This document shows positions 12,261 through 25,985 of a stretch of 41,765 bases of DNA, one piece after another. Location: contig NC_068981.1 in the NCBI RefSeq assembly GCF_001194135.2, positions 156,178,409 to 156,220,173 on the forward strand, read 5' to 3'. Position 1 is the first letter of the stretch; each line of letters starts with the position of its first letter. The notes under the pieces were generated by a model, which searched no databases, was not told where the DNA came from, and saw only the letters and a list, made by a program, of their open reading frames with translations. This DNA comes from Octopus bimaculoides. Lineage: Eukaryota. A program made the translations under genes and the position numbers.

Positions 12261-13941
12261 GTAGAACTGCTGATATTTTTTGTATTTAAAATATAAATCT
12301 ATTAAGATATTAATTTAGTACTTAATTAAACACAATAAGGTTTTACCAATACTTATACTGGAACTTGAAAATTATTGTAACAAAAGTTTCTACTAGATGG
12401 GAGATTACATCGCCAGACAACTGGTTTATAAAAGAGAACAGAGTCCAAAGTAACTGGTAGTGGTTTGTATCGGCAAAAATTGTTCAGAGAATTCCTTGAA
12501 TTTCAATAAGTCTGTATGCTGTGTGGAGAGGCGGACTTTGACATCTGAGAGAGAAATATTTTCTTGGATGTATCGAGTGTAGGACTTGTACCTACACTTA
12601 GTATAGTAGGACTGGTGAATATGTTCAGTACTAGCATTTAAATATAGCAGGCCTGCTAACATGTCCAGTAATTAAAATTAAATGTAATAGGACAACTGAT
12701 AAGTCCAGCATCTACATCTGAATACAGTAGGACTACTCAGAAGAGCTCTTAAGACAAATTACATTTCCAAAACCTACATCTAGCCCTAACCTTACATTTA
12801 AAGGGAATGCAGATAACTCCTAAGATGTCCAACACTTACACTTAACTACAACAAGACTCATAGTATCTAATATCTGAACTTAAATAATATCTTAACTTAA
12901 ATACGGTAGGATTACTTACATTCTTAATTCCTACATTTAACTGTAACCCTGCATTTAAAGAGAATGCAGTAGGACTCCTGATATACCTAATACTTACACT
13001 AAACAACAGTATTCAGAGTATGATGCATGCTCACTGTCTACAATGGAATGCAGTACGACTACTTGAAAATTTGTTTTCTACTCTGAGTCCCTAAAGGTCA
13101 GCTTTCATTTCCCTCACGGCACTGATTCATAGATAACGGGATCAAATCCAATGTTGTCTCCTGCCGCAACCCGTATTGTTTTAATTTAAAATAAACAGTA
13201 TTACCATTTAGATATAAAATGGTTGGCAGAAAAGGGAATAAAATAATACCTTCTATAAGATATATGGGCGATGAGAAATTAATCTTTCTTGCCTATAAAT
13301 TAAAGATGTGTCGTATCTAATGGGAAAATAAAATTAAAACAGTAATCTATAATTTGGTTTGGGCCTGGGTTTTGATATTTTCCTCAACAGTAGGAAATAT
13401 ATTGTGCTCTACTAAGTTATGGTTATTGTTGTTCAACCCTAGATCAACTATATTGACTGAGCAGACTTATTCCATCCGTGACTATACCGTAATTTTACAA
13501 ATGTCTCCAGTCTTATATAGGACCTATGGATACGAATTAAAGCCTATTTGGCAGCTATTTCTAGCAGGCCGAGTTAATACACAGGCTCTTTTATTGTTGC
13601 TGTTGTTATTTAACCCTAGTTCAACCCTAATCGAATAGAAATGCTAAAGACGCTCCAGTCATGACCACCTCCATTTTTTTATGCACAAGGAACCTAGGAC
13701 TACGGTGGATAACGTGTTTATTTCTACCAACTCGGGAGAATATTCCTAGGAACTCGGTTGTTTCATTTCATGGTGTACGTTAGTATTTCATTTCGAATGT
13801 TTTTTACAAGTCAGTGAAAGAAATGTTTGAATATTTTTAACTTAAAAGTAATTTGTTCTGTTCTGACTCAAATGTCACAAACCGATTATCTTGCTTCTAA
13901 GAAATGTAAACAGCATTTAATATAAACGTTTGTTTTTGCAG

Positions 13942-14017
13942 CTTGGGAAACCCTGCGCTGGACTGACTGTTGTGTTCGATATGCAGAATGTAGGATCTAA
14001 ACACATGTGGAAACCAG
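13942..14017 (+). CDS. RALBP: RALBP coding exon 3 ([26 protein letters not shown])
   Basis: tttttgcag|CTT acceptor, 76 nt, CAG|gtaagt donor. Carries the CRAL-TRIO VFDM...KHxWKP motif. Confidence 0.95.
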
Positions 14018-14851
14018 GTAAGTCAGTCGCAAATTATTCTCATATGTACTAATATAAACTTGTAAATTATTCTGATATGAGCTAATATTTTACCTAATGT
14101 AGGCGCCGTGTGGCCAACTAGTTAAGATTCTGATCTATGTATGCTGTGGTTTGCTGAAATGCTAAACGGTATTTCTTCCAGCTCTTTACGTTTTGAGTTC
14201 AAATGCCACCGAGATAAACTTTGTTTTTCATCTATTCAAACTCGATAAAATAATACCAGTTGAGCATTGGAGTAAATGTATTCGATTCCCCATCCCTCAA
14301 AATTGCTGGCCTTGAGACAAAATTAGAAAAGATTATAAGAGGGAGAGTTGAAACAGGTAATTTGTGTGTCTCTCTTTAAACTTCCATACATGTATTTATG
14401 GAAATTTTAATCAATCCACCATAACGATTGAATCAACAGCAATTATGACCAAGAGAATGTTATTAAATATATAGTCAAATAGTATCAGGACCACTCTCTA
14501 CTTCTGGACATCTGTCATTGGATAATTGCTCCCTGACAATTATGCACTAGATGATTAACGTCATAAAACAACGTTCTTCCAGTAACCTCCTTCTGACAGT
14601 TATTAATTATGGAAGTATTAGTTATTGTAATTATCAATTATTTATTGTTTTATGAGTTTTGTAAAACTGATTTATCTCCATTCGAAGTATATCGTTTATA
14701 GAAGATTTGTTTATACATTTCTCAATACTTCTATTGTTACGTTCTAAATATAAAATAGATTACCTTAATTACTAATTAGCAATTCTTAATTATTGTGATT
14801 ATTAATTATTGTATTTGTGTTTAATTCACAATTTACAGTTTTAGTTGTATG

Positions 14852-14965
14852 ATTACAGTGATATAAGAATGTAAGTCTTACCGATATAGTATAATTACAG
14901 TGATATAAGAATATAAGTCTTACCGATATAGTATAATTACAGTGATATAAGAATATAAATCTTAC
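14852..14965. repeat. 42-bp tandem repeat, ~2.7 copies
   Basis: Unit attacagtgatataagaatataagtcttaccgatatagtata starts at 14852, 14894 and 14936. Confidence 0.95.
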
Positions 14966-15229
14966 TAATTAGTTCTATTAGTATTTATTTGTACCCCCTA
15001 TCGTTGAGCTTTTTCTTAATTTTCTCTTAATTAGAGAAATTATTCAGGGAACAGTTGTTCTTTGAGGGCTTTATCTAGGGTGTAATTGCCAGGGGTCAAA
15101 TTATCCAAGGAACAGTCGTCCTAGAATCAAATATATGATACAAATTATAAATACTTGCAATTCAATAAAATTGATACATATGAAATAGGAACAAGCTTTG
15201 ATTTTAAAATATTCAATTATTACTTACAG

Positions 15230-15310
15230 GTTTGGACATGTACTTATATTTAGTCAAAGTGTTGGAAGACAATTATCCTGATATGATGAAAAGACTCTTT
15301 GTCATCAATG
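15230..15310 (+). CDS. RALBP: RALBP coding exon 4 ([26 protein letters not shown])
   Basis: tacttacag| acceptor, 81 nt, ATG|gtaagg donor. Carries the EDNYP..KRLFVIN CRAL-TRIO motif. Confidence 0.95.
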
Positions 15311-16239
15311 GTAAGGAATTCCGTATCGGATAACTTTGTTTTATGCCCGTCTAAACCACTTTCGTACTCTGAATTTTCCTTTCTTGTCATTTCTACTGAT
15401 TGAAGCATTATCTGAAAATATGTCGGTGGGGACGTTCTGTTTTTGGATGGTAGATTTGATTTATCGTCCGGTTAATATCACCACTTAGCTTTGAGTATCT
15501 TTAGCAGAGTCAACTGTTGGAAGTCTTCGGGCCAGTTCTTTGGTCTGATGATAACTTCCTCCCTCCCCTCCAATCATGGAGGTCCTGAAAATGGTTCATG
15601 GACACAGCCCTTCCTCAAACTATGTGTTTCCTCCATCTCCTCAATCAAAATATTTCAAATTCGACCAAGCATTGTGATATTCTAGTTTGGAGTGGTTTGA
15701 TAAAGCCATAAAGTCAGCCACTTTCTCCTGGACTTACGAATTATCTTACGTAAGTATTGATTTCATAACTGATTTAATAATTCCACCAATGAATTCACTC
15801 AGTTCGATAATAATTTATTGGTAGCCTATTTTGCTTCCTAATTGTGCCTTTATTTACACCAAATTAATTTTGGAAGAAGAGTAACTGATATAAAACACCG
15901 GACAAAATGACTTGCAGTGTTTAACTCTTACCCTCTTCGTTCAGATATCACAACCGCTATCCAAAACGAGTTTTCTTTTCATCCATTTAGAGTCTATGTA
16001 ATAAGTACCAGTTTTATGTAATAATGTCGAATCAATCGTTTATACCAACTGCTATACAATTCTGTCCTAGTTTATGTATGTATGTATGTATGTATGTATA
16101 TATGTATGTATGTATATATGTATGTATGTATGTATGGATGGATGAGTGTGTGCATGTGTGTATGTACAAATGCATGTATAAAGTGAGAACATAAAATATT
16201 GGAGGTGTGAAACATATGGCCGTATATTTGGTGTCAAGG

Positions 16240-16690
16240 TGTGCAGTAAATCCACTGGGAGTTAGGGACCTCTAGCTGTTTTCGCAGAATCCTTCTAGGA
16301 GAGAGTCACACTGACGTAAACTCTACTGTTTCATGTGATTACTGGACATTTCACTTCTGGTTGTCACTAAGTATTAATCAGGGAGACTCAGAGAGCGGCA
16401 CTCATTTTTGTACAGGCGTTTATCTCTATAAACCAATAATGTACAGATGTGTCTTTATGGTGACCTCATTTGTCATCCCATCTACTAAAAGTCATATGGT
16501 GATAGAAGAGGGACATGTATCGAGCTAACCAGTTGGAAGCACACAGTAAGTTAGTTACAACTGTCACGTATGCTTCAAACCATGTAGATCTGTAACGAGA
16601 ATAGGTATCTGAGAGGTCATGGGTGGAAAGTCAGACATGCTATTGACAACAAGGAAGCACAAGGAGACGGCAATCATCTGTGAAGATGGA
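16240..16690 (+). mobile_element. Possible decayed RTE-like LINE 3' end
   Basis: YNCHVCFKPCRSVTRIGI at 16556-16609 resembles the terminal C..C...C.SRIGL..H finger of RTE ORFs. A (TATG)n tract follows. Confidence 0.3.
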
Positions 16691-17467
16691 GCAATCACCA
16701 TGTATGTGCGTACGTACGGACGTATGTATGTATGTATGTATGTATGTGTACATGTGTGTATCTATGCATGTCGTGCATGATTACTTGTATGCATTTATGT
16801 ATGTATTTATATATGTACGTATCTCATTAGTAGTTGAGAGAATAAATGTCTCAGTTATACGAAATGAGATGCATCTTGTGAGGTTCATAGGTGTCTAGTT
16901 ACCACATAAAATTACTTCTTGGTATTTTAAGTTTTGTAACGTAATATCTTCCTTAGCAGAGTACTCTGCAAGTGTTTTTACTACTTCAGTAAGTCAAGAT
17001 ATTTTTGGTCGTAAAATTAGGCATTCGATTCATCCCCCTGGTACTTTGCAGTCGTTTTATATTCAACTCCTCGTACCTGACTGCTATTCATAAGAAAACC
17101 TAACTAGAACCTACCTCTTTCTATACCGGACGAAGAAGTAAATAGTCACAGAAACCTCTAGACGTCCCGAAGTATACTACTCTTTGGTAAATAAAGACGT
17201 ATTTTCTTGATATGGATATATTTCAGATTCATTCTTTGTCTATTTCATATAGACATTGGACATAGCTCCAACCAATTTATAATTAGACGTAAAGCACTGA
17301 TAATAAACTCTTCGAATAGACGTGTTGAGATGTACTTTGTGAGATTCATATGTATCTAGTTACTAAACGCACACATACATATGTGTATGTGCATATATGT
17401 ATGTGTGTGTATGTTTGTGAATATATATATATATATTTATATATATATATAACTGTACTCTTTTCAG

Positions 17468-17551
17468 CCCCAACACTATTTCCCGTCTTATATAAACTCG
17501 TGAAACCGCTTCTCAGTGAAGACATGAAGAACAAGATTTTTGTATTGGGAA
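17468..17551 (+). CDS. RALBP: RALBP coding exon 5 ([28 protein letters not shown])
   Basis: cttttcag| acceptor, 84 nt, GAA|gtaagt donor. Matches the SEC14 gating-helix region AP..F...KP.LSE...KI. Confidence 0.96.
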
Positions 17552-18743
17552 GTAAGTAATCTTATTATCATTTCTTGATTGGCTCAATCAACCAACCTAC
17601 CAATCGATTAATCACTCAGTCAGCTAATCCAAGTATTTAAAGAACGTTTCAGTTGCTTGTAAACGGTAATTATAGCTTGAAGGTACCTAACTAAATGGAT
17701 AAAGTATTGGACTATGTACTCACATATTCATAGCTCTGTATTCGTAGCTCTGCATTCATAGCTACTGAAGAGATTTGATCCTGCCATTTGGCATGATACT
17801 TAATTCTACATAAATTTTAATTAACGTAGCTACGTGGAACGTGTACAAGGTTTTGTTTTGATTTTACCGGCAATATCCAGATAACCCTTCATGAGCGAAA
17901 TCCATCTTTTGTCTGTTTAAAGCCAAAAAAGTGGGGGTGGACGGAACAAATGAACAGCACTCTGGTCTTTAGTTCTGAATTTTCTTGTTAGACAAATTTG
18001 TACAATTACAGATGAAAAAACGAGTTTCATTAACGATTTGAATCTTTGCAAATTTGTAAATGAGTAGCTTGAAAAATAATTATGTGAAAATAGATGCCAT
18101 CAATAATCAAAATAAATAAATTCACACTTTAAAATAAAGGTGACTATTTAAGAAATGCATATCTAGTCACATTTACACTGCTTATATTCTGTCACTATCC
18201 GTTATTATGTAGATTATGTATTGAAACAGATTATTTGAAAAAAAAAATGTAATTGAAAAGATGGTTTGTCTACTCAGGCATGTTATTACAATGCGACTGT
18301 ATCCATGCTTGCGTTTATTCAATTTCTATTGAGATTAACTTTGTATATGAAGATACAACAAAAAGGATTTGAAAAACTATGAATGGAAAATTTAACGGTT
18401 ATCTACACAGTTATTCTAAGAACGTTTTATATTATCATCAGAACACAGATATAACTATTTGGTTTAAGCTTTATTCCCTGATAGAATGGGTGGAACGTTG
18501 ACCAAAATACCTTGCAGCATTTAAATGTGTTCTCATTGTGTTTTGAGATCAAATCCCGCAGAGGTCGACTTTGTCTTCCATCCTTATGGGAGTAATAAAG
18601 TACCAGTCAATATACTCGGTCAGTTTCATCGATTGTAAAATATGCCTCCTCTTCATATACATAAAAACATAAAATCAATCAATAATCTAGAGTCATTTAG
18701 TTTCTGTCGTACTAATGAACATCGGTGACATCTCGGTTTTCAG

Positions 18744-18850
18744 ATGACTTTAAAGACACACTGCTGGAATATATTGAAGCGGAGAACCTTCCTGCTTATT
18801 TGGGTGGTACAAAGACCGGTCCTGATGGAGATCCCAAATGTTTAGATGTG
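18744..18850 (+). CDS. RALBP: RALBP coding exon 6 ([36 protein letters not shown])
   Basis: ggttttcag| acceptor, 107 nt, GTG|gtaagt donor. Carries the LP..LGGT...PDGDPKC motif. Confidence 0.96.
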
Positions 18851-19465
18851 GTAAGTAGAAACTGCTGTTTCCATATATATAAAGCTAATTCAGGCTCCTC
18901 CTCAGAAATCTGTTTGTGACATTCCTAAAAGTTATGATTGTATTTCTATCTACAAACATTTGGCAAGTAGATTTTCATTTTCTTCATCTGCAAAAGTATT
19001 CCATATCGAACTGATGACAGCATTGATTGCTATCACATTATAGTTTTAACAATATTTTCACCGTTTTCACAAGGTAAGTCACCTCGCTCATATGAAGTTT
19101 AAGACGTTTGGAGTGGTCTTAAGAGGGCCCAGAAATGAAATGAAATGAGAGACGTGAGATTTGCAGAATCGGTACTACTTGTGCCGCTCACAAAGTTTTT
19201 CTAAAAGAACATAAATTTTAGCGTTTCCTTCATAATTTTCATATACCAAAACTAGCATACCCGTGTCGTCAAAAATGCCGACAGCTTTTATTAATGATAG
19301 AAAATGGCGCATCAATACAATGGTAAAACCATTGCTAAATGTAAGCAAACTAATAAATATATGAAGTACTTGAATTAGATACGGTTGAACTGTCACAGCT
19401 GAAAATATCGTGTATATGATGTATGTGTGTATGTGTGTGTGTATACACACACGCAGACATACATA

Positions 19466-19508
<43 letters not shown>

Positions 19509-19578
19509 TCACATACGCACGCACACGCACGTACACGCGCGCGCGCGCACATATGCATTTAGGTCTCCACGAAGTATG

Positions 19579-19622
<44 letters not shown>

Positions 19623-20355
19623 GCGACTCCAGGTCATCAGTGTCACTCGGGCTCATCACAGATTTCGCAAAAGACACATGCCTGCTCGAAGAATTTCACG
19701 TTTTTCCGCTTTATTCCTAGCCCCAAATGGCTTATTTTTTATATCTAGCATTATGTCTTTTTCGATTTCTAAGTTGAGGGTAAAAATAAAGCAACACTGC
19801 AAAACACAACTGGTCTTTACACAGAGACACACAGAATAACAGCACTCAAATAACGACAGCGGAGTGCACAACAAACATCACCGATCTGACTGTTGCATGT
19901 ACTCTTGACAAAAGATGCCAGTTAGTCTTTTACACCTACCAGGCTCGTTCGTATAAGCCCATGATACTGGATAATGTTTCGCTCCTTTAAGAATATTGTA
20001 GAATGGAAACTTTTCATAGATTGGAATTTAAATCCTAATCTTTATAGAAATTTATTATTTTAAGAAAACATTGAATATGAATTACTTTTAATTTTTACGA
20101 TTATACGTAGATAACAACTCGGGCTGTAACTTCTGAGCCCGAGTCAGGTGCGTGTGAACGATATCGCGAGAACGTCTGCTACGAATATTTTTTGACACAG
20201 GGCACCTCTAAGACGACCGCCAGATGCTGAACGACAATAAATGCGACCAGGCTCAGTAAGAAGTGCCCGGGTTATTGGCTGAAATTACATACTTGAAGTC
20301 AGTGTTGTCAGAAATTAAATCAGCTTGAAAATATACGTTCAGTTTACTAAATTCA

Positions 20356-20476
20356 NNNNNNNNNNNNNNNNNNNNNNNNNNNNNNNNNNNNNNNNNNNNN
20401 NNNNNNNNNNNNNNNNNNNNNNNNNNNNNNNNNNNNNNNNNNNNNNNNNNNNNNNNNNNNNNNNNNNNNNNNNNNN
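20356..20476. other. Assembly gap (121 N). Other gaps at 33635-33713 (79 N) and 38295-38304 (10 N).
   Basis: N runs in the sequence. The first lies in the intron between coding exons 6 and 7, which join in frame without it. Confidence 1.
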
Positions 20477-20512
<36 letters not shown>

Positions 20513-20520
20513 TTACATGT

Positions 20521-20555
<35 letters not shown>

Positions 20556-20636
20556 CCTCTCTACACATAGACGCACACATACACACCTACTTACCTACAA
20601 ATAGGTAGGTAGGTGTGTGTGAGCGTGTGCATAAAA

Positions 20637-20938
20637 CCATTTATCCTCTTTTCGAGGCAGTAATGGGTAAGGACCCCCTTCGGTCATGACTGACCATGGG
20701 ATTGCACCTAGAAAGTTACCCTCCGCGGCACAAGTCCAGGCAAGGTTGTTTATGGAAGACCAGCAAGGGAACGGGAAAGACCGATACAGCTTTGCACCAG
20801 TGATGTCGCAACACATTTCTACAGCTGAATGAACTGGAACAACGTGAAATAAAGTGTCTTGTTGAGGACAACACACAGCCCGGTCCACGAATCGGACTCA
20901 CTACCTCATGCGCCCAACGCTCTAACCACTGAGCCCTC
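20637..20938 (-). mobile_element. tRNA-derived SINE, family-A-like head with another tail
   Basis: Minus strand reads ctcagtggttagagcgttgg...gtcctcaacaagacactttatttcacgttgttccagttcattcagctg, the same core as family A. Confidence 0.7.
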
Positions 20939-21254
20939 AAAGCATTCTGGAATGAACGTATCAAAACAAACCAGAGGTATAACTTGTTCCGTATGTATAT
21001 AGTGTGATTAAATGGTATGATCTACTGTTGACAGAGAATACAGAACCACCGATATACAACAAAAAGCTCGGTTATTGGTATAATGATGCTACCGATGCAT
21101 CTTTTCAATAACCAGTACACTTCGTTCTCGATTGTTCAGTCCAGTATTAGCAAGTTACTGATGCATCATTAGCTGTCTTCATATTTTCAATCTATTTTTG
21201 GATCAATGGTCTAATATGGTTTACTATATGTTTTGCTTGTTTTTGTATTTTCAG

Positions 21255-21394
21255 ATTTGCCATGGTGGTGAAGTACCTAAAGAATTCTATTTGGAAAATA
21301 CCGAAGACTTCGAAACTATGGAAACCATTACTGTTGGAAGTGGTGATAAGATTTACATTGAATATGAAATCGAAAAGGAAGACAGTTTCCTTAA
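21255..21394 (+). CDS. RALBP: RALBP coding exon 7 ([14 protein letters not shown]...EKEDSFLK), linker and start of GOLD
   Basis: gtattttcag| acceptor, 140 nt, TAA|gtaagt donor. Carries the GGEVPK.FY motif. Confidence 0.95.
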
Positions 21395-22240
21395 GTAAGT
21401 AGAAGACATACTAAAACATACAAAACACTCACACACACACTCATTTCATAAATACATACATACATACAGGCATATCCAATCATGCACATATACACATACA
21501 CATATGTGAATGTATATGTGCATTTACTAAGAAATACCTTACATATATATACACACACACGCACTAGTATTGGGATTCCTCTTAGCCCATTTTTGTCTCA
21601 TTTATGCAAACTACTTTAGCGATAGATGTGTTCTGCTTTTGTATTGCTTTTTTTATATATATCTAAGAGTCTCGTTCTGCCGAAGATAAGGAAGAGCAAC
21701 TGCTGTACTGATGATGTTTATTGAGGCAGAAAGACATGCCTCCTCCCAGCTGTCCTCTTGCCTGCATACAATCTTCTATATCATATATATATATATATAT
21801 ATGAATATATTAATGTACAAAATATATTAATGAATGTACAATGTTATATATCCATCACGGCTGATCTTACAAATCGATTTCGCGCTAGGAATACAATGGA
21901 GTGTTAGGTAACAATCCCATTATATAACCTTACGCTCCTCAGAGTTAGCCGATATGGAATGGAATATGGCGACTGCTCCATATTCCCTTATATGTGTATA
22001 TATGAATATATATTTATAGGTATATATGTATGCGTGTATACAGAGATGCTCCTCGACAGGTCAATTATATGACATTTTTGTTACCTAATTTAAGTTTGCC
22101 TATTTAGGCGGTCAAAAGTTGTGCTATCAGTTTGGTGTAATGGTAAAGAAAGCTATATATTTACAGATGAAACGTTTTAATCTCACAATGTTACAGTTTC
22201 TACTACTATTATTATCATCATCATCATCATTATTATTATT

Positions 22241-22455
22241 AAGGCGGTGAGCTGGAAGAATCGTTAGCACGCCGGACAAAATGCATAGCGGTATTACGTC
22301 CGTCTTAACGTTCTGAGTTCAAATTCCGCCGAGGTCGACTTTGTTTTTCATCTTTTTTGGGGTCGATAAATTAAGTACCAGTGAAACACTGGGATCGATG
22401 TAATTGACTCATCCCCTCCCCCAAAATGGCAGCCCTTATGGCAAATTTTGAAACC
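22241..22455 (+). mobile_element. SINE family B, well-preserved copy
   Basis: aaggcggtgagctggaagaatcgttagcacgccggacaaaatgc...gttctgagttcaaattccgccgaggtcgactttg. Follows an (ATC/ATT)n tract. Confidence 0.85.
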
Positions 22456-23847
22456 ATTATTATTATCATCATCATCATCCTCATTATTATACGTATATGC
22501 ATACATGCATATAGGTTCAAAATTAATCTCACGAATAACATGAAAAAGACAAAGTCAACAAAGATATGTTTAGTCTTACGATCGTCGAAGCATAACCCCC
22601 ATTGCAATTACCAAAGTAGTGCTGAGAAAATTACGAAGTAAATGTATAGGATTTTACAGTGATTGGTGAAGAAGGTTAAAATTGTTTAAATAATAAACAA
22701 TTCGATGATGCCTTCAGCATAAAAAACAATAAAGTTAGTGCTAATATATTTTATGTAGACGTCTTAAGACAATTTTATGTTGAGGAAAAAATAATATTCA
22801 ATGGTTAATTTTTTTTCTTTTTTCTTTTTTCAAATATAGTAAACATTCATTGGTTATTCTGTAAACACTGTTAAATTCTTACTCCAACCGATATCCAATA
22901 TACTTGATATTTTTTCATTATTACTTTGGTAGGTACAGTGAAGTTTATGCTTTACCGTACGATTTTAATAAAACCGAAATATGCCCAAATTTGTCTCTGG
23001 TACATACCGAAAATTTAAAATTATGTTAGTTAATGGCTAATATTGCTTATTTCCATTAGCTTTTTAATTTTCGCTGTACTAAATATCTAACACTAATCTG
23101 CCTGTTGCTTTTCATAAGGATGGCACCTCTGAGCAAATGTATCTATAATCGACTAGATAAAACATCTGACTTTTATTCTATGGATCATGAGATAACAACC
23201 CGCTGAAACTGTTACATTAAGTGCTTTGAATAAATCACTTGACTTGAATAGCCTTACTTCAATACTTGTTTTGTATTTTACCCTGATTTTCAATCAGTTA
23301 TTGCTTCACTGCTTGTGCAATAGAATTAAACAATGCAGTCATTGCATAGAGTGCTTATAACAATACCTCTATCTTCTCCTAACTCAGTAACTATATCATG
23401 TTGTTTCCATATTTCCAATGTTGGCTTCAGTCACTATTATTTTGTTCTTATGTTCATGATAGCTAAAGCCGAACCTTTTGTTGCTACAATAAAACACGAA
23501 TTTTCGTGAACGAATAGGAGATCCACTCAGTGGTTATTCGAATTAGTAGAAACAACTGCAAAATCTCTTTCAAATCACACTTTTATGTCTTCAGAAAAGA
23601 TTTTCACGATGAATAATGTAATCCGAAGTAGATTATACATTAAACAACTGAAAGAGTAGTTATGGCTGGAAAGCCTTTGGTCATCACGACCAACTTGAAA
23701 TTAATCAGTTTCAGCGATGCTGCACCATTTGCCATTCCTAGGATATGAAAAAGTGGCCATGTTGGTATCATTGCAATATTTATGCAAAGCGAAGTCTACG
23801 TGAGTCGTAAATTGGAGTTTCTCACTCCCATTCTACAATCATCATTG

Positions 23848-23943
23848 TAATCATCATCGTAATCATCATCATCATCATCATCGTCATCATCATCATCGTC
23901 ATCATCATCATCGTCATCATCATCATCGTCATCATCATCATCA
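23848..23943. repeat. (CAT/CGT)n microsatellite
   Basis: Read directly. Explains the poly-Asp ORF 23796-24017. Confidence 0.95.
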
Positions 23944-24207
23944 TGTGTGTGCGTGTATCTAAGTAAACACACAGAGACTCCATTAAGTAGATCGTAGGAA
24001 CTTGTGTTGTTCCTCACACATACAACATTAAGAGTCTTTACTATATAATGAACATTGTTACAGCATAAGTCATGATTTGCTCGAAACTGCTGGTCAAGAT
24101 ATATACTGCTGCGTATCTCCTTTTATTTTTTTGTATGCTTTATTCTGTACTCAGTATTTTGTATTGCATACAGATATACTCATTAAGCCTACTTGTATTT
24201 ATCTGTC

Positions 24208-24247
<40 letters not shown>

Positions 24248-24272
24248 TATATATATATATATATATACACAA

Positions 24273-24420
24273 GGGTTTCTTTCAGTTTCCGTCTATCAAA
24301 TCCATTCACAAGGCTTTGGTCGGCCCGAGGCTAAAGTAGAAGACACTTGCCCAAGGTGCCACACAGTGGGACTGAACCCGGAACCATGTACCTGGTAGGC
24401 AAGCAACTTACCGCACAGCC
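24273..24420 (-). mobile_element. SINE family C head
   Basis: Near-identical to 9481-9630 (ttcagtttccgtct...gaagacacttgcccaaggtgccacacagtgggactgaaccc). Confidence 0.8.
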
Positions 24421-24877
24421 AATATATATATATATATATATATATCATGCAAATAAGTAACAAAGATGTCCAGGTTTCATTGCATTACGGCTGTTTCAAG
24501 CGGTTCCATTTAATCGATCAATCAAACGGTCATAATGCACTGACACGTGGACATCTTTGTAACTTACAAAACGCTTCTTGATGAACTTACTCTACTAATA
24601 GAATATGTACACACCTGGTATCAAAACTTAATTTTAAGTTGCTTTTCCATGTTGACCTTAACAGGTAAACTCTGTCACTCTCTCTCTCCCTCTTCCTATA
24701 TATATGTATGTGTACGTATGTACTTTTGCTTGGTTTGTGTGCGTGCTGTATCGAGGGGAAGAGGCGGTGAGATACTTATTAGAATAGCATCTCTCTAACA
24801 ACGTCATATCAGTGCATGTGATTTAAACTATTGTTTATTTTGTTCATTTATTTCATTTACTTTTTTATCTTCTTTAG

Positions 24878-25026
24878 ATGGGAATACAAAACTGAAGAAC
24901 ACGATATCGGATTTGGAGTTTTTAGAAAGAATGGTGACGACTGGGAAGAGGTTGTGCCTATTCAGAGAACTGACTGTTCCATCATGACTCTTGATGGCAG
25001 CTACAAATGCAAAGATCCCGGAACAT
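24878..25026 (+). CDS. RALBP: RALBP coding exon 8 ([17 protein letters not shown]...KCKDPGT), GOLD domain
   Basis: ttctttag| acceptor, 149 nt, CAT|gtaagt donor. Carries the GOLD motifs W.F.T...DIGFG and DG...C..PG. Confidence 0.95.
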
Positions 25027-25985
25027 GTAAGTAGTATTGTTGGCGGTAATGTTGGCTGAGGTGGTGATGGTGGTTGTAGTGGTGGTAGTTGTCTTGTTGT
25101 TGGTTGCGGTGACGGTGGTGATGGCAGTTGTTGGTGGCGGTGGTGGTTGTGATGGCGGTTATGATTGTTGTTGTTGTTAATAGTGGTGGCGGTGGCGGCG
25201 GTAGTGTTTAGCCTCAGTTCAGTGTTTATCCGACCAGCAGAAATATGATATAAAAACATAAGTCTTCTAGCCTCGATCGCAGTTAGATTTAAATGAAACT
25301 TGAGAATTTGTATCTAGCATTGCCTTATCTAGTGAGTTCTCGTCCTTTTTTTAAACCGAAGTGAAAGGTTTCAGAGGAATTTGATTGCAACTTCTTGCGC
25401 ATCAATCAACTGCATTGTGGCTCCTTTAAGGGATCATTTGTAAGTACTTTGCATTTACACCTAGAGAACACCATCATTTACAAGGCTCCTTTAATTAAAT
25501 GTTATGTGATGGAAGCGGTAGAGAGCTGAAGTAAACGTTTTAATGTATTTAGCTTCGACCGCCTACATTATACGTTCAAATCTCTTTCGGGCCCAACTTT
25601 GCTTCTCACTGTTTTATGCCGATAAAAGTATTATCAGAAAATTGTTGAGGCCGATTCAGTGGATTATACAGATTTTTGATCTTGCACCAGTGTGAGAATT
25701 CAACGCCTTACAGGAGTCGAATGTAACTTCCTTCCTTTGATAATTTATGAGAAACTAAATTACTTATACACTGTGAATGGCACAAGAGTGCAGGCATGAT
25801 TGTATGGTTAATAAGTTTGCTACGCAACTACGAGATTTCGACTTGAATCAGCTCAAGATTTGTAAGTGAGCGCTGCATCGACCAAAACTTTGTGAACATT
25901 GGTAGACAGAAAATGTTTTGATATCCAGTAGGCTTTAATCCATCGTCCGATTTAACATTATTACTATTACTTGGCACATGGATAA

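Noticed and set aside
12087-12296. ATG 12087 as gene start, as in the ORF track
   Set aside because: The frame is open back to an acceptor at 12071 and joins exon 8221-8280 in phase, so this Met is internal.
14852-14965. Regularly spaced direct repeats resembling a CRISPR array
   Set aside because: The units are contiguous with no unique spacers, the context is a eukaryotic intron, and there are no cas genes.
21961-21986. 9-bp hairpin ggaatatgg/ccatattcc as a possible Helitron terminus
   Set aside because: No downstream CTRR end, and a stem this short is expected by chance.
23796-24017. Poly-Asp ORF
   Set aside because: It is the reverse reading of a (CAT)n microsatellite inside a RALBP intron.
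24828-25259. 143-aa Pro/Gln/His-rich minus-strand ORF
   Set aside because: It is the antisense of RALBP exon 8 plus a (GGT/GTT)n low-complexity tract.
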